Assembly: GCA_963668675.2 (NCBI GenBank)
Contig: CAXXMB010000002.1
Location: forward strand, 1,824,001-1,888,000
Source of the DNA: an uncultured Desulfatitalea sp.
GTDB lineage: Bacteria > Desulfobacterota > Desulfobacteria > Desulfobacterales > Desulfosarcinaceae
DNA length: 64,000 nt
Reading direction: 5' to 3'
In this document: piece by piece, positions 39,349-49,988 of the stretch
Position numbering within the stretch: the first letter of the stretch is position 1
How the letters are laid out: each line of letters opens with the position of its first letter
Made by a program: the position numbers and the translations under genes
Notes under the pieces: generated by a model
Told to the model about the DNA's origin: nothing
What the model saw: the letters and a program-made list of their open reading frames with translations, nothing else
The model's database searches: none

Positions 39349-40632
39349 TTACTTTAACAGGTGCACACAGGACCGGACAGCCGCTGCCGCCGTTGCTATG
39401 GCCAGGCCGCTGCCGCATTTCTGGCGGATCCAATCCTGGTGGGCCAGAATCGAACCGGCGGCAAAAAGGTTGGGAAATACCGGACGGCCGTTGGCATCGA
39501 CCGGGCGAAACTGGCTGTCGACAGCAATACCGGCCCGATTGATCGGATGGCCCTGGGGATGCAGAAGATCCCTATGGTGCCAGGTGGTCCGATCCGCAGG
39601 CTGTAGAACGGGCAGATCGAAGATGGTCTCCCGAATGCCGTGGCGGTCGGCCTTCAACCCTTTACCGAAGAATCGCCCGCTGCATAGGATAACGCTTCGG
39701 GCAACCACATCAACAGCGTCATCGGTGGTTCCGATCTCCAAGTGCCACTGCCCGCCGGCCAACCGCTTTGCGCATAACACCCGCTTCTGGAACAGGGGGC
39801 GGATACCCAGAGCGGGCAGGCGCTGCTCGAAAAGCTCGCGCAGCCGCAGACCAGCCACCCCCGGCACCATGGTGGGGACTTCAAATATCGGAACGCCTAT
39901 CCCCTGCTGCAACGCATCGATCGCTTGCACAGTACGGTACATGCCGAGCACCGCCGGCAGGCCCACAACGCTCGCCGTTCCCAAATGAGGCCGAATAGCG
40001 GCAACAAGCTTTTCGCGGACAAAACTTGTATCGAGGGCCCTTGCCATATGTTCTGTGTACAATTCACCCGAGGCATCCGGGAAAGCGACACGAACCGGCC
40101 GTAACCCCGGCCAGATGTCGCCCATGCTTTCGGCCATCTGCCGGGCGCTGTAACCTTTCAGCCCCTCGAAATCCACCAGCAGACACTCGGAACGCTCAGC
40201 CAGAGCCCGCGCCCCCTGGCGCATGGTGTGCGGTAATGCATAGGTGGATTTCACTGTGCCCACCGGCGTCATCACCGCCTGGTTGCGTTCGCCGAGCGCC
40301 ACATGCGGGTAACCGCTCTCTTTCAGAAAATCGAGCACCGTTTGAACCGCCGTGCGAATATCTGCAGCGCCGATATGGGCATAGGGATGCAACGGTTCAT
40401 CCCTGACAAGGCGGGCAATGCCCTCCCATGGATCTTCCAGTACGGTCCCCTCTTCCACCGGATGCACCCCGAGCAGATCCAGCATACCACTGGCAAAGCC
40501 GATCTCTCCGGTCAGCCCCACCTGCACCGCATCGACACCCGCTTGCACGGCAAAGAGGCTGGCCGCCATCCCGGCCATGCCGGTGCCGATTACCAGGAGA
40601 TCACAACTGATCTTTTCTCTGAGCGAACTCAT
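39349..40632 (-). CDS. glpB: anaerobic glycerol-3-phosphate dehydrogenase subunit B
   Basis: VIGTGMAG, FASGMLDLLG, FEVPTMVPGVAGLRL, SGRFFGKGL and NLFAAGSIL motifs. Confidence 0.92.
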   Translation of the reverse strand: MSSLREKISCDLLVIGTGMAGMAASLFAVQAGVDAVQVGLTGEIGFASGMLDLLGVHPVEEGTVLEDPWEGIARLVRDEPLHPYAHIGAADIRTAVQTVLDFLKESGYPHVALGERNQAVMTPVGTVKSTYALPHTMRQGARALAERSECLLVDFEGLKGYSARQMAESMGDIWPGLRPVRVAFPDASGELYTEHMARALDTSFVREKLVAAIRPHLGTASVVGLPAVLGMYRTVQAIDALQQGIGVPIFEVPTMVPGVAGLRLRELFEQRLPALGIRPLFQKRVLCAKRLAGGQWHLEIGTTDDAVDVVARSVILCSGRFFGKGLKADRHGIRETIFDLPVLQPADRTTWHHRDLLHPQGHPINRAGIAVDSQFRPVDANGRPVFPNLFAAGSILAHQDWIRQKCGSGLAIATAAAAVRSCVHLLK

Positions 40633-40659
40633 GGACCCTACCTATTATTACAGGATGCA

Positions 40660-42246
40660 CTACCGTTCTGGATAAGCATCGTCTCTGTTTTCCAGCTCCA
40701 GTCCGAACAGGCCGCAGTGCATGGCCTCCAACAGTTCGGCCTGGGCCAGGGGCAGATCCCATAGCAGCGGTTGCTGCCCACGCCAGCGCTCTCTTAAAAA
40801 CGAGCGCAGTTGCGAAATCCCCCGTCGCCCTCGGACATGCTGCCGGTCATAGAGATAAGCGGCCAACCGCTGGCTGCAGAACGCCCCCTGGCAGGGGCCT
40901 TTACCGATACGGCTGCGCAGGCCGATGGACTTCAAGCTGGGACGCCCGTCAAGCATCCGGACGCGATTCGCAATCTCTTCAACCACACTTTGGGGAACCA
41001 TCTCACACTCGCAAAGCAGAACATCGCCGGGCACGTTTTGGCGAAGCCAGACATTGGGAGCCAAACCGGGTTCGGTCCAGCGAGCATCGACCGTGTCAGG
41101 CAACGGTTCCAGATGGGTTCGGCAGGCAGCCTCTACCCCCAGCCGAGCGCACACCAAATTGGCCGTCTTTTCAGCCATCAGGCGGTAGGTCGTCAATTTA
41201 CCACTGGTAATGGTAATAAAATTGGTCGGCCCCCCCTGCTCCTTGGCATGATCGATCAGCGCGAACCCGCGGCTCACTGTCCGGTCGCTATCGCCGGCTG
41301 ATGTCTGAACGCCGCCCAACAGGGGACGTACACCGCAATAGGCGCGAATGTATCGGGTCGTGGCCAGTTCGGGGATCATGGCAGCCCCCTGGTCGATGAT
41401 GGCGTCCACCTCGTGCACTTCGGGATAGATCACATCCGGCGAGTCCACGCGCTCCGAGGTGGTTCCCAAAATTGAAACAGTACCTCCAGGCACTAGGATA
41501 TCGCCATCGGTCGGCGGACGCAGGCGATTGATCACCCGTGCCGCCAATCGGTTCTGGGTGACGAGCAGGCTCCCTTTGGAATAGCGCATCTCTATGGGAA
41601 CCCCGGCCAGAGCGGCCACCTCTCCTGCCCACGAGCCGGAGGCATTGACAACGACCTCGGCTTCGATCGATTCGGTCTTGCCCGTTACCCGATCGACGAC
41701 GGTCGTCCGGCAAATGCGTCCTTGATCGACCTCAAAAGCGGTCACCTGACAATAGCGTCTCAATTGAGCACCCCTGCCACTTGCATCAGCCATGTTGTCC
41801 AGTGAAAGCTTGAACGGGTCGATGGTGGCATCATCGAGCGCATAGGCCGCGATGACTTTGTCCGAAAGGGTCGGCTCCATCTCCCGTACCTCTGTCAGAT
41901 CGAGCAATTGGAGCGGGATATGGCTCTTCCGGCACATCGCCGGAAAATCGGCAATATAGTTTTCATCATCGCCGGCCACGGCCACGAAAAGGCCGCCTGT
42001 TGATTCGATGGTATGGGGGGCAAGCTTTTTGAGGATCTGGTTTTCGATGTGGCACTCGGTCGCCGCCGCCGGATCCGACGATATGTAGCGGGCGCCGCTG
42101 TGAAGCAAACCGTGGTTGCCGCCGGAGGCCCCGGCATTGACGTCCTTCTTTTCGACAACGACACTGCTGACGCCTCTCAAGGAGAGGTCTCGCGCCAAGC
42201 CGGTTCCGGTGACACCAGCACCGATAATGAGCACTTGGGTTTGCAT
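40660..42246 (-). CDS. glpA: anaerobic glycerol-3-phosphate dehydrogenase subunit A
   Basis: GASGGNHGLLHSGARY and GKLTTYRLMAE. C-terminal CECE..GPCQGAFC BFD-like Fe-S domain. Confidence 0.94.
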   Translation of the reverse strand: MQTQVLIIGAGVTGTGLARDLSLRGVSSVVVEKKDVNAGASGGNHGLLHSGARYISSDPAAATECHIENQILKKLAPHTIESTGGLFVAVAGDDENYIADFPAMCRKSHIPLQLLDLTEVREMEPTLSDKVIAAYALDDATIDPFKLSLDNMADASGRGAQLRRYCQVTAFEVDQGRICRTTVVDRVTGKTESIEAEVVVNASGSWAGEVAALAGVPIEMRYSKGSLLVTQNRLAARVINRLRPPTDGDILVPGGTVSILGTTSERVDSPDVIYPEVHEVDAIIDQGAAMIPELATTRYIRAYCGVRPLLGGVQTSAGDSDRTVSRGFALIDHAKEQGGPTNFITITSGKLTTYRLMAEKTANLVCARLGVEAACRTHLEPLPDTVDARWTEPGLAPNVWLRQNVPGDVLLCECEMVPQSVVEEIANRVRMLDGRPSLKSIGLRSRIGKGPCQGAFCSQRLAAYLYDRQHVRGRRGISQLRSFLRERWRGQQPLLWDLPLAQAELLEAMHCGLFGLELENRDDAYPER

Positions 42247-42470
42247 CAGGATCCTTCCTTTCGGGCGTTTAGGGCCTGAAGCAATGAGATTGGGCAGGCA
42301 AGCGGATGTTCGGGCCTATGATGGAATTTGGTTTAAGCCTTGGTTGCTTGCGCCTTATTTGCTTGTGAAAGACATGCCTGAATGCTAAGTTGTTTTCGTT
42401 GTCTTACACAATCAAATTTCGGATACCTAATATGAACAGTTAGCAAAATTTTTAGCTGGTGTCACCTAAT

Positions 42471-42490
42471 AATATTCGTTTTTGAAAATT
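42471..42490. promoter_or_regulatory. candidate GlpR operator
   Basis: AATATTCGTT-TTTGAAAATT resembles the E. coli GlpR half-site WATGTTCGWT as an imperfect palindrome. A similar half-site, AATATTCGTA, lies at 43439 upstream of glpS. Confidence 0.5.
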
Positions 42491-42545
42491 TTTTGTTCAT
42501 TTCATTACATCAAGAACCGCCGCACGAACCCTTCATGGAGGCCCA

Positions 42546-43391
42546 ATGACAGAGTGGACTACCGGTAACCCCATAAATTCAAACCCTTTTTCACCTGGCT
42601 ACCATCCGCCGGAAGAGGGTGCGAACGGGAAGTTGAGCCTGGGGGACCGCCACGCCCAGATCAAACAGATCGTACAAGCCAAGGGATTTGTCACCATCGA
42701 GCACCTGGCCCGCGAATTCGGCGTCACCCCGCAAACCATCCGCCGCGACATCAATGCTCTGAGCAAAGCCGGCGAAATTCAACGCTTTCACGGCGGGGCC
42801 GGCATCGCCTCGAGCACTGAAAACGTGGCCTACAACGAGCGTAAAATCATCTGCTTTCAGGAGAAACGCAAAATCGCCCAGATGGTGGCTGAGCAGATCC
42901 CCAACAATGCATCCCTCTTCATCAATATCGGCACCACCACCGAAGCGATCGCCCAGGCCCTCGTCCACCATAAGCGCCTCAGGATCATCACCAACAATCT
43001 GAACGTCGCCACGATTCTGTCGTCCAACGAAAATTTCGAGGTGATCGTGGCCGGCGGATTGGTGCGCCATCGGGATGGCGGCCTGATCGGTGAGGCCACC
43101 ATCGATTTTATCCAGCAATTCAAGGTGGATTACGGCATTATCGGCATCAGTGGCATCGACCATGACGGCACCCTGCTCGATTTCGATTACCGCGAGGTTC
43201 GTGCCGCCCGTGCCATTATCGACAACTCCCGAAAGGTGTTTTTAGCTACGGACCACTCCAAGTTTGGCCGCAACGCCATGGTGCGCCTGGGCAACATTTC
43301 CGAGATCGACAGCCTCTTCACCGATCAACAGCCGCCCTCCAGCCTGGTGGAGATCATGACCAATGCCGAGGTGAGGCTCTTTGTGGCCTGA
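42546..43391 (+). CDS. glpR: DeoR-family glycerol-3-phosphate regulon repressor
   Basis: FGVTPQTIRRD HTH, RFHGGA, NIGTTTE and DHSKFGR motifs. Divergent from glpA. Confidence 0.93.
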   Translation: MTEWTTGNPINSNPFSPGYHPPEEGANGKLSLGDRHAQIKQIVQAKGFVTIEHLAREFGVTPQTIRRDINALSKAGEIQRFHGGAGIASSTENVAYNERKIICFQEKRKIAQMVAEQIPNNASLFINIGTTTEAIAQALVHHKRLRIITNNLNVATILSSNENFEVIVAGGLVRHRDGGLIGEATIDFIQQFKVDYGIIGISGIDHDGTLLDFDYREVRAARAIIDNSRKVFLATDHSKFGRNAMVRLGNISEIDSLFTDQQPPSSLVEIMTNAEVRLFVA

Positions 43392-43631
43392 TGCTCTATA
43401 GAAAATGCACAACCGGGCCTTTTAACAGAGAAAGTAACAATATTCGTAATTGATCAGCCAAGCCCACGTTATTGTGACATTGCAAAACCATTTTTTCACT
43501 TGCGAAACAAAAACGACATTGCTATATACGTTTAATCCCACCGTAACCATCATCGCCACGGATCTTTGGCGACGGGTCAGCATAGTTAAGAACGTGCCGT
43601 ATAAAAGCACAAAGGAATCATGGAGCTGGCT

Positions 43632-44720
43632 ATGGGGTTGGTGCTCGAAAATGTTGACAAGCTTGTTGGTCGAGAGATCTATCTGAAAAATATCCAGCTG
43701 GAGTTTGCTCCTGGCTCACGCAATGTGATCCTGGGTCGCACCCTGGCAGGCAAAACATCCCTGTTGCGCATCATGGCCGGCCTGGACAAGCCAACCAAGG
43801 GTCGCATCCTGGTAGACGACAAGGATGTGACCGGTGTGACGGTTCGCAAACGCAGCGTGGCCATGGTCTACCAGCAGTTCATCAACTACCCCTCTTTAAA
43901 CGTATATAAAAATATCGCCTCACCGCTGAAACTGGCCGGCATCTCCAAAGTCAAAATCGATGAACGGGTCCAACGTACGGCTAAGATGCTGCATATCGAA
44001 AACCTGCTCGACCGAATGCCCGCAGAGCTTTCCGGCGGCCAGCAGCAGCGAACGGCCATTGCCCGGGCGCTGGTAAAAGAGACCCAACTCCTTCTGCTGG
44101 ACGAACCCCTGGTCAATCTTGACTACAAATTGCGTGAAGAGCTGCGCGTCGAATTACAGCAAATTTTCGAGAAACGCGAGGCCATCGTGGTTTACACCAC
44201 CACCGAACCGGCCGAGGCGCTGATGCTGGGCGGCAATATCGTCATCATGGACGAAGGGCGTATCCTGCAGGCCGGACCGACGGGTGAAGTCTACCGGAGC
44301 CCGGCCACCACAAAGGTAGCGGAGATCTTTTCCGACCCACCGATCAACTTTGTGGCCGGTAAAGTCCACGACCGGCAGGCCTGGTTCGGTGAACAGATCC
44401 AACTGCCGCTCAATGGACACATGGCCGATCTGCACGCGGGGGACTACACCTTCGGCGTGCGCTGCAACCACCTCTACCTGACGGCCTCCACCCCGGACGA
44501 TATCGAAATCAAAGCCGTTGTCGAACTGAGTGAAATCAACGGCTCGGAAACCTTTATCCATGCGGGATACGAGAACAGCAAGCTGGTGATCCAGAACGAG
44601 GGCATTCATCAGTTGAAAATCGGCCGGGAGATTTCGGTCTACGTCAATCCCTGCCACTTTTTTGTTTACGATGCCCAAGGCCGTCTTGCGGCCGCACCGG
44701 AACAGACATGCTATGCCTAA
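43632..44720 (+). CDS. glpS: glycerol ABC transporter ATP-binding subunit
   Basis: [26 protein letters not shown] and [15 protein letters not shown] motifs. Confidence 0.9.
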   Translation: MGLVLENVDKLVGREIYLKNIQLEFAPGSRNVILGRTLAGKTSLLRIMAGLDKPTKGRILVDDKDVTGVTVRKRSVAMVYQQFINYPSLNVYKNIASPLKLAGISKVKIDERVQRTAKMLHIENLLDRMPAELSGGQQQRTAIARALVKETQLLLLDEPLVNLDYKLREELRVELQQIFEKREAIVVYTTTEPAEALMLGGNIVIMDEGRILQAGPTGEVYRSPATTKVAEIFSDPPINFVAGKVHDRQAWFGEQIQLPLNGHMADLHAGDYTFGVRCNHLYLTASTPDDIEIKAVVELSEINGSETFIHAGYENSKLVIQNEGIHQLKIGREISVYVNPCHFFVYDAQGRLAAAPEQTCYA

Positions 44721-44807
44721 TTGAAAAATGATGGAATACATTCACTTTCATGCTTTCCACTTTACACTTTAAACTCCCCGCGAAGCGGGGTCTAGGAGCT
44801 TGATGCC

Positions 44808-45893
44808 ATGGCGCGCATCGATATGCAGGAGGTTGCTCACAGCTATCTTCCCAAAACCCAGACGCTGGAAGAGTATGCCCTGAAACGCATCCATATGACC
44901 TGGGATGACGGTGGCGCATACGCTCTTCTGGGACCGTCGGGATGCGGTAAGACCACCATGCTCAATATTATCTCGGGCCTGCTTGTACCGAGTCAGGGGC
45001 GGGTTCTATATAATGGTGAAGATGTGACCGGTCTGCCACCGGAGCGCCGCAACATTGCCCAAGTGTTTCAGTTCCCCGTACTCTATGACACCATGACGGT
45101 GGCCGAAAACCTGGCCTTTCCATTGCGCAATAGAGGTGTCGCCCCAGACCAGATCCGGAAGCGGGTTCGGGAGGTGGCCGACATGCTTGAACTGAGCACT
45201 GTTGTGAATAAAAAGGCGGCCGGCCTGGGCGCTGATGCCAAGCAGAAGATATCCCTGGGACGCGGTCTGGTGCGCAGCGATGTGGCGGCCATCCTATTCG
45301 ACGAACCCTTGACCGTCATCGATCCCCACTTGAAGTGGCAGCTCCGGCGCAAACTCAAGGAGATCCACGAACGATCCAGCATGACCATGATTTATGTTAC
45401 CCACGACCAGGTGGAAGCCATGACCTTTGCCGACCAGATCGTTGTGATGTACGAGGGCGAGGTGGTCCAGGTGGGCAGTCCTGAAGAGCTCTACTCCCAG
45501 CCCAAGCACAAGTTCGTGGGATACTTCATCGGCAGCCCGGGCATGAACTTTCTGGAGTGCAAAGTGGAAGGCGACCTCGCCCATATCAACGGTGCAACCA
45601 TCACCCTCGACCCGGGCACGGCTGAAATGGCGCGAAAGGCGGAGGGCAAGCTCGAGGTGGGAATCCGCCCCATGCACCTGGAGGTGAACAATACCGAAGT
45701 GCCGAACGGCATTCCGGTGGCGGTCACCGCCCTGGAGGATCAAGGCAGCAACAAGGTGATCACCATGGCGCTCGACGGCCATACGGTACGCGCACGGATA
45801 CCCGAAGCGCAACCGGTGCCCGGTGAAAAAGCGTGGCTGCGCTTCCCGCCCGAATGGACACGGCTCTTTGCCGACGAGCGGTTGGTAGGATAG
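44808..45893 (+). CDS. glpT: glycerol ABC transporter second ATP-binding subunit (GlpT of the rhizobial glpSTPQUV system)
   Basis: GPSGCGKT, QVFQFPV, KQKISLGRGLVR and DEPLTVIDPHLKW motifs. Confidence 0.9.
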   Translation: MARIDMQEVAHSYLPKTQTLEEYALKRIHMTWDDGGAYALLGPSGCGKTTMLNIISGLLVPSQGRVLYNGEDVTGLPPERRNIAQVFQFPVLYDTMTVAENLAFPLRNRGVAPDQIRKRVREVADMLELSTVVNKKAAGLGADAKQKISLGRGLVRSDVAAILFDEPLTVIDPHLKWQLRRKLKEIHERSSMTMIYVTHDQVEAMTFADQIVVMYEGEVVQVGSPEELYSQPKHKFVGYFIGSPGMNFLECKVEGDLAHINGATITLDPGTAEMARKAEGKLEVGIRPMHLEVNNTEVPNGIPVAVTALEDQGSNKVITMALDGHTVRARIPEAQPVPGEKAWLRFPPEWTRLFADERLVG

Positions 45894-45975
45894 GAAAACA
45901 GGTGTTTAGGCCGAAGGCAAATGATAATATGCCGGCCTCTTCAGCCCTCTGTTTAATAAACAACGGAGTCATCCG

Positions 45976-46860
45976 ATGGAGAAGTGGGAAAACAACCGAG
46001 CCTGGTTTCTGGTGCTGCCGGTCTTTGTGATCGTGGCCTTCAGTGCCATCATTCCGCTGATGACAGTGGTCAACTACTCGATACAGGATATCTTCGGACC
46101 CGGTAATTCCGTCTTCGTGGGAACGGAATGGTTCAAAGAGATGTTGACCGATCATCGGCTGCACGACGCCTTGGGCCGCCAGTTCCTCTTCTCCGGCCTG
46201 GTCCTGCTCATCGAAATCCCCCTGGGCATCCTCATCGCCCTGGCCATGCCCAAAAAGGGGTGGGGCGTTTCGGCCAGCCTGGTCACCCTGGCGATCCCGC
46301 TGCTGATTCCCTGGAACGTGATCGGTACCATCTGGATCATCTTCACCCGGCCGGACATCGGCCTCTTCGGTGTGGGTATCAACAGTCTGGATCTTCTCAC
46401 GGTGCCCTTCGACCACACCGCGCGACCCATCTATGCCTGGATCACCTTGATGGCCATGGAGGTGTGGCACTGGACGCCACTGGTGGCGCTGCTTTGCTAC
46501 GCCGGCCTGCGCGCCATTCCCGAGGCCTATTACCAGGCCGCCAAGATCGACGGCGCCTCGGCCTGGGCGGTGTTCTTCTACATCCAATTGCCCAAGATGC
46601 GCGGCGTCCTCACCATCGCCGTGCTGCTCAGGTGGATGGACAGCTTCCTGATCTACGCCGAACCCTTCGCCCTGACCGGCGGAGGACCGGGCAACGCGAC
46701 CACCTTCCTCTCGATCTACCTGGTCAAACTGGCCACCGGTCAGTTCGATCTCGGCCCGGCCGCGGCCTTCTCGCTGATCTACTTTCTGATCGTGCTGCTG
46801 TTCTGCTTTATCTTCTACCAAGCACTGCTCAACGTCGGCAAAGGAGAAAAGATATCATGA
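45976..46860 (+). CDS. glpP: glycerol ABC transporter permease
   Basis: NNRAWFLVLP, WHWTPLV and YQAAKIDGA (EAA) motifs. Confidence 0.9.
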   Translation: MEKWENNRAWFLVLPVFVIVAFSAIIPLMTVVNYSIQDIFGPGNSVFVGTEWFKEMLTDHRLHDALGRQFLFSGLVLLIEIPLGILIALAMPKKGWGVSASLVTLAIPLLIPWNVIGTIWIIFTRPDIGLFGVGINSLDLLTVPFDHTARPIYAWITLMAMEVWHWTPLVALLCYAGLRAIPEAYYQAAKIDGASAWAVFFYIQLPKMRGVLTIAVLLRWMDSFLIYAEPFALTGGGPGNATTFLSIYLVKLATGQFDLGPAAAFSLIYFLIVLLFCFIFYQALLNVGKGEKIS

Positions 46861-47660
46861 GAATCCAAAAAAGAACCATCGCACTGATCTTCTATTTCGC
46901 ATTGCTGGTGGTGCCCATCTACTGGATGCTCAACATGTCGCTGCGCAGCAATGCGGATATTCTGAGCAGCTTCTCCCTCTATCCGACAAACGTCACCTTT
47001 CAAAACTACATCAAAATCTTCACCGATTCGAGCTGGTATTCGGGCTACATCAACGCCATCATCTACGTCACCATGAACACCATCATGTCCCTGGCGTTCG
47101 CCCTGCCGGCGGCCTACGCCTTCTCCCGCTTCAAATTTCTGGGCGACGGACAAATGTTTTTCTGGCTGCTCACCAACCGCATGGCACCGCCAGCCGTCTT
47201 TCTCCTGCCCTACTTTCAACTCTACTCCACCGTAAATCTGATCGACACCCATATCGCGGTGGCCCTGGCCCACTGCCTCTTCAACGTGCCCCTGGCAGTG
47301 TGGATTCTGGAAGGCTTCATGTCCGGCATTCCCAAGGAGATCGACGAGACGGCCTTTATCGACGGGTACACCTTTCCGCGATTCTTCATCACCGTTTTCA
47401 TCCCCTTGATAAGGGCCGGTGTAGGCGTCACCGCCTTCTTCTGTTTCATGTTCAGTTGGGTCGAACTGCTCTTCGCCCGAACCTTGACGGTGACCGAAGC
47501 CAAACCAATCGTCGCCACCATGACAAGGACCATCAGCGCCACCGGCCTGGACTGGGGCCTTATGGCCGCCAACGGCATTCTCACCATCGTTCCGGGCGCC
47601 CTGGTTATCTGGTTCGTGCGCAACCACCTGGCCAAGGGGTTTGCACTGGGCCGGGTATAA
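46857..47660 (+). CDS. glpQ: glycerol ABC transporter permease
   Basis: PIYWMLNMS, NRMAPPAVF, EIDETAFIDG and KGFALGRV motifs. ATGA overlap. Confidence 0.9.
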   Translation: MRIQKRTIALIFYFALLVVPIYWMLNMSLRSNADILSSFSLYPTNVTFQNYIKIFTDSSWYSGYINAIIYVTMNTIMSLAFALPAAYAFSRFKFLGDGQMFFWLLTNRMAPPAVFLLPYFQLYSTVNLIDTHIAVALAHCLFNVPLAVWILEGFMSGIPKEIDETAFIDGYTFPRFFITVFIPLIRAGVGVTAFFCFMFSWVELLFARTLTVTEAKPIVATMTRTISATGLDWGLMAANGILTIVPGALVIWFVRNHLAKGFALGRV

Positions 47661-47672
47661 AAGGAGAAATCC

Positions 47673-47951
47673 ATGAGCTTCGACTGGATGTATTGGACCT
47701 TGCCCACGGCGATCTTCTTTGTCACCATCTTTCTGATGATCGCCGGCATGCTCGTCTGGGAGTTGGCGTCGCCCACCATCGAGCGAAGGGGATTTCTGCG
47801 GGTGCCGACCACGCGCGGGACACGCTTTTTCATCGGCCTGCTGGGCACCGCCTATATCCATCTGGCGTGGATCGGATTGACGGATCTGAACCTGTGGTTT
47901 GCACTCCCCATCTCTGCCGTCTGGATCTTCATCGTAATGCGATGGGGATAG
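47673..47951 (+). CDS. glpU: small membrane protein DUF2160
   Basis: WMYWT.PTA.FF and RRGFL...TTRG.RFF motifs. Confidence 0.85.
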   Translation: MSFDWMYWTLPTAIFFVTIFLMIAGMLVWELASPTIERRGFLRVPTTRGTRFFIGLLGTAYIHLAWIGLTDLNLWFALPISAVWIFIVMRWG

Positions 47952-48085
47952 AAGTGTTTGCACCATTTATTTTCAGTCAGCCCCATAACCAGGACGGGAC
48001 TCTATCGCCGGGCGACCAAAGCCTTCACGCCCGCGATACCGTCCGAAACCCAACCCCACCCCTGAAGGCGAAAAGGAGGAAGCTC

Positions 48086-49816
48086 ATGAAAGACAAATTG
48101 AAAAAGTCGATGCTTCTGGGAGTCGCATTGGCCGCCATATTCGCTCTGGCAGCTGGACCGGTCTGCGCGGATATGGCCGCCGCCAAAAAATGGGTCGACA
48201 CAGAGTTCCAACCCTCGACCCTGAGTAAAAAAGAGCAGCTCAAGGAGATGGAGTGGTTCATGAACGCGGCCAAACCGTTTAAAGGCATGAACATCAAGGT
48301 CGTCTCCGAGACCATTACCACCCATGAGTATGAAGCCAAAACCCTGGCTAAGGCGTTCGAAGAGATCACCGGCATCAAGGTCTCGTTCGACCTGATCCAG
48401 GAGGGCGACGTCATTGAGAAGCTCCAGACCCAGTGGGCGTCAGGGCAGAACATTTACGACGCCTGGATCAATGACTCCGATTTGATCGGCACGCACGCCC
48501 GCTATGGCTATGTGCTACCATTGTCCGACTTCATGAAAGGCGAAGGCAAGGATGTGACCCTGCCAACCCTGGATGTGGACGACTTCATGGGCAAGTCCTT
48601 CACCACGGGACCGGACGGCAAACTCTACCAGCTGCCCGACCAGCAGTTCGCCAACCTCTACTGGTTCCGCTACGACTGGTTCAAACGCCCGGACTTTAAA
48701 AAGCAGTTCAAAGAGATCTACGGCTATGAACTGGGTGTGCCGGTCAACTGGTCTGCCTATGAGGACATCGCCGAATTCTTTACCGAGCATGTGCGCGAAA
48801 TCGACGGCAAGGCCATCTTCGGTCACAACGACTACGGCAAGAAGGCCCCGGACCTGGGTTGGCGTTTTACCGACGCCTGGCTCTCCATGGCCGGTGCCGG
48901 CGACAAGGGACTTCCCAATGGAAGGCCTGTGGACGAGTGGGGCATTCGCATGGAAGGGTGCCGCCCGGTAGGCGCGACCGTCGCCCGCGGCGGTGCAGCC
49001 AACGGTCCGGCTGCCAAATATGCCTTGCGCAAATATATGGATTGGCTGAGAAAATATGCACCTCCGGGGAGTCTGGGCATGGATTTTTACACCTATCTGC
49101 CCTTCCTGGCCGGTGGTAGTGTGGCCCAACAGATCTTCTGGTACACCGCCTTCGTTCCCAGCATGGTCGCTCCAGGCCCCACGGTCAACGCGGACGGTAC
49201 CCCGAAATGGCGCATGGCACCATCGCCCCATGGCCCCTATTGGGAAGAGGGCATGAAGCTGGGCTACCAGGACTGCGGTTCCTGGACCTTCATGAAGAGC
49301 ACCCCGCTCGAACGCCGCAAGGCCGCCTGGCTGTTCGCCCAGTTCTGCGTCTGCAAGACCACCTCTCTGAAGAAGGCCCATGTGGGTCTGACCCCCATTC
49401 GGGACAGCGACATCCGCCATCAGTCGTTCACCGACCGTGCTCCCAAACTGGGCGGCCTGGTGGAGTTTTACCGCAGCCCGGCCCGCGTGGCCTGGACCCC
49501 GACCGGTATCAACGTGCCCGACTACCCAAAGCTGGCCCAGCTCTGGTGGCAGAACATCGGTGAGGCCGTTTCCGGTGAAGTCACTGTTGACACGGCCATG
49601 GACAACCTGGCCAAAGAGATGGACCGCGTGATGGAGCGAATTGCACGCTCCAAGACCCAGGGCGAGTGCGGCCCGAAACTGAATCCGGAAAAAGACGAAG
49701 CCTATTGGCTGAATCAACCCGGCGCACCCAAAGCCAAGGTCAACGAAAAACCCAAGGGCGAGACAGTAGATTATGATCAACTCATCAAAGCCTGGCGGGA
49801 AGGTCGTGTGAAGTAA
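48086..49816 (+). CDS. glpV: glycerol ABC transporter substrate-binding protein
   Basis: AGGAGG RBS, signal peptide, EFQPSTLS, QLPDQQFANLYWFR and NVPDYPKLAQLWWQNI motifs. Confidence 0.92.
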   Translation: MKDKLKKSMLLGVALAAIFALAAGPVCADMAAAKKWVDTEFQPSTLSKKEQLKEMEWFMNAAKPFKGMNIKVVSETITTHEYEAKTLAKAFEEITGIKVSFDLIQEGDVIEKLQTQWASGQNIYDAWINDSDLIGTHARYGYVLPLSDFMKGEGKDVTLPTLDVDDFMGKSFTTGPDGKLYQLPDQQFANLYWFRYDWFKRPDFKKQFKEIYGYELGVPVNWSAYEDIAEFFTEHVREIDGKAIFGHNDYGKKAPDLGWRFTDAWLSMAGAGDKGLPNGRPVDEWGIRMEGCRPVGATVARGGAANGPAAKYALRKYMDWLRKYAPPGSLGMDFYTYLPFLAGGSVAQQIFWYTAFVPSMVAPGPTVNADGTPKWRMAPSPHGPYWEEGMKLGYQDCGSWTFMKSTPLERRKAAWLFAQFCVCKTTSLKKAHVGLTPIRDSDIRHQSFTDRAPKLGGLVEFYRSPARVAWTPTGINVPDYPKLAQLWWQNIGEAVSGEVTVDTAMDNLAKEMDRVMERIARSKTQGECGPKLNPEKDEAYWLNQPGAPKAKVNEKPKGETVDYDQLIKAWREGRVK

Positions 49817-49847
49817 TCTCGACCTTTTGTATTGGTAAGTGTTATAC

Positions 49848-49888
49848 AGAGCGGCGCACCGCCTTCGGGCGGAGCGCCGCTCGCTTTT
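49848..49888 (+). terminator. intrinsic terminator after glpV
   Basis: GAGCGGCGC.CCGCC-TTCG-GGCGG.GCGCCGCTC followed by a T run. Confidence 0.75.
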
Positions 49889-49988
49889 AATGATCAAATA
49901 TGGATTTGTGTCGGTCCATTGTGATATCGGCGAAATTCCACCGCTTTAAACTTCTACACTTTACACTTAAAACTGTTTTGCTTGGCAT

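Noticed and set aside
43565..43583. GG-N10-GC sigma54-like site upstream of glpS
   Set aside because: It lacks the TTGC -12 element, and DeoR-type control does not need sigma54.
47300..48085. Apparent N-terminal extensions suggesting fusions (glpV from 47300, glpQ from 46128, YkgJ from 30658)
   Set aside because: They overlap other real genes. Internal starts with RBS or ATGA coupling explain the true proteins.
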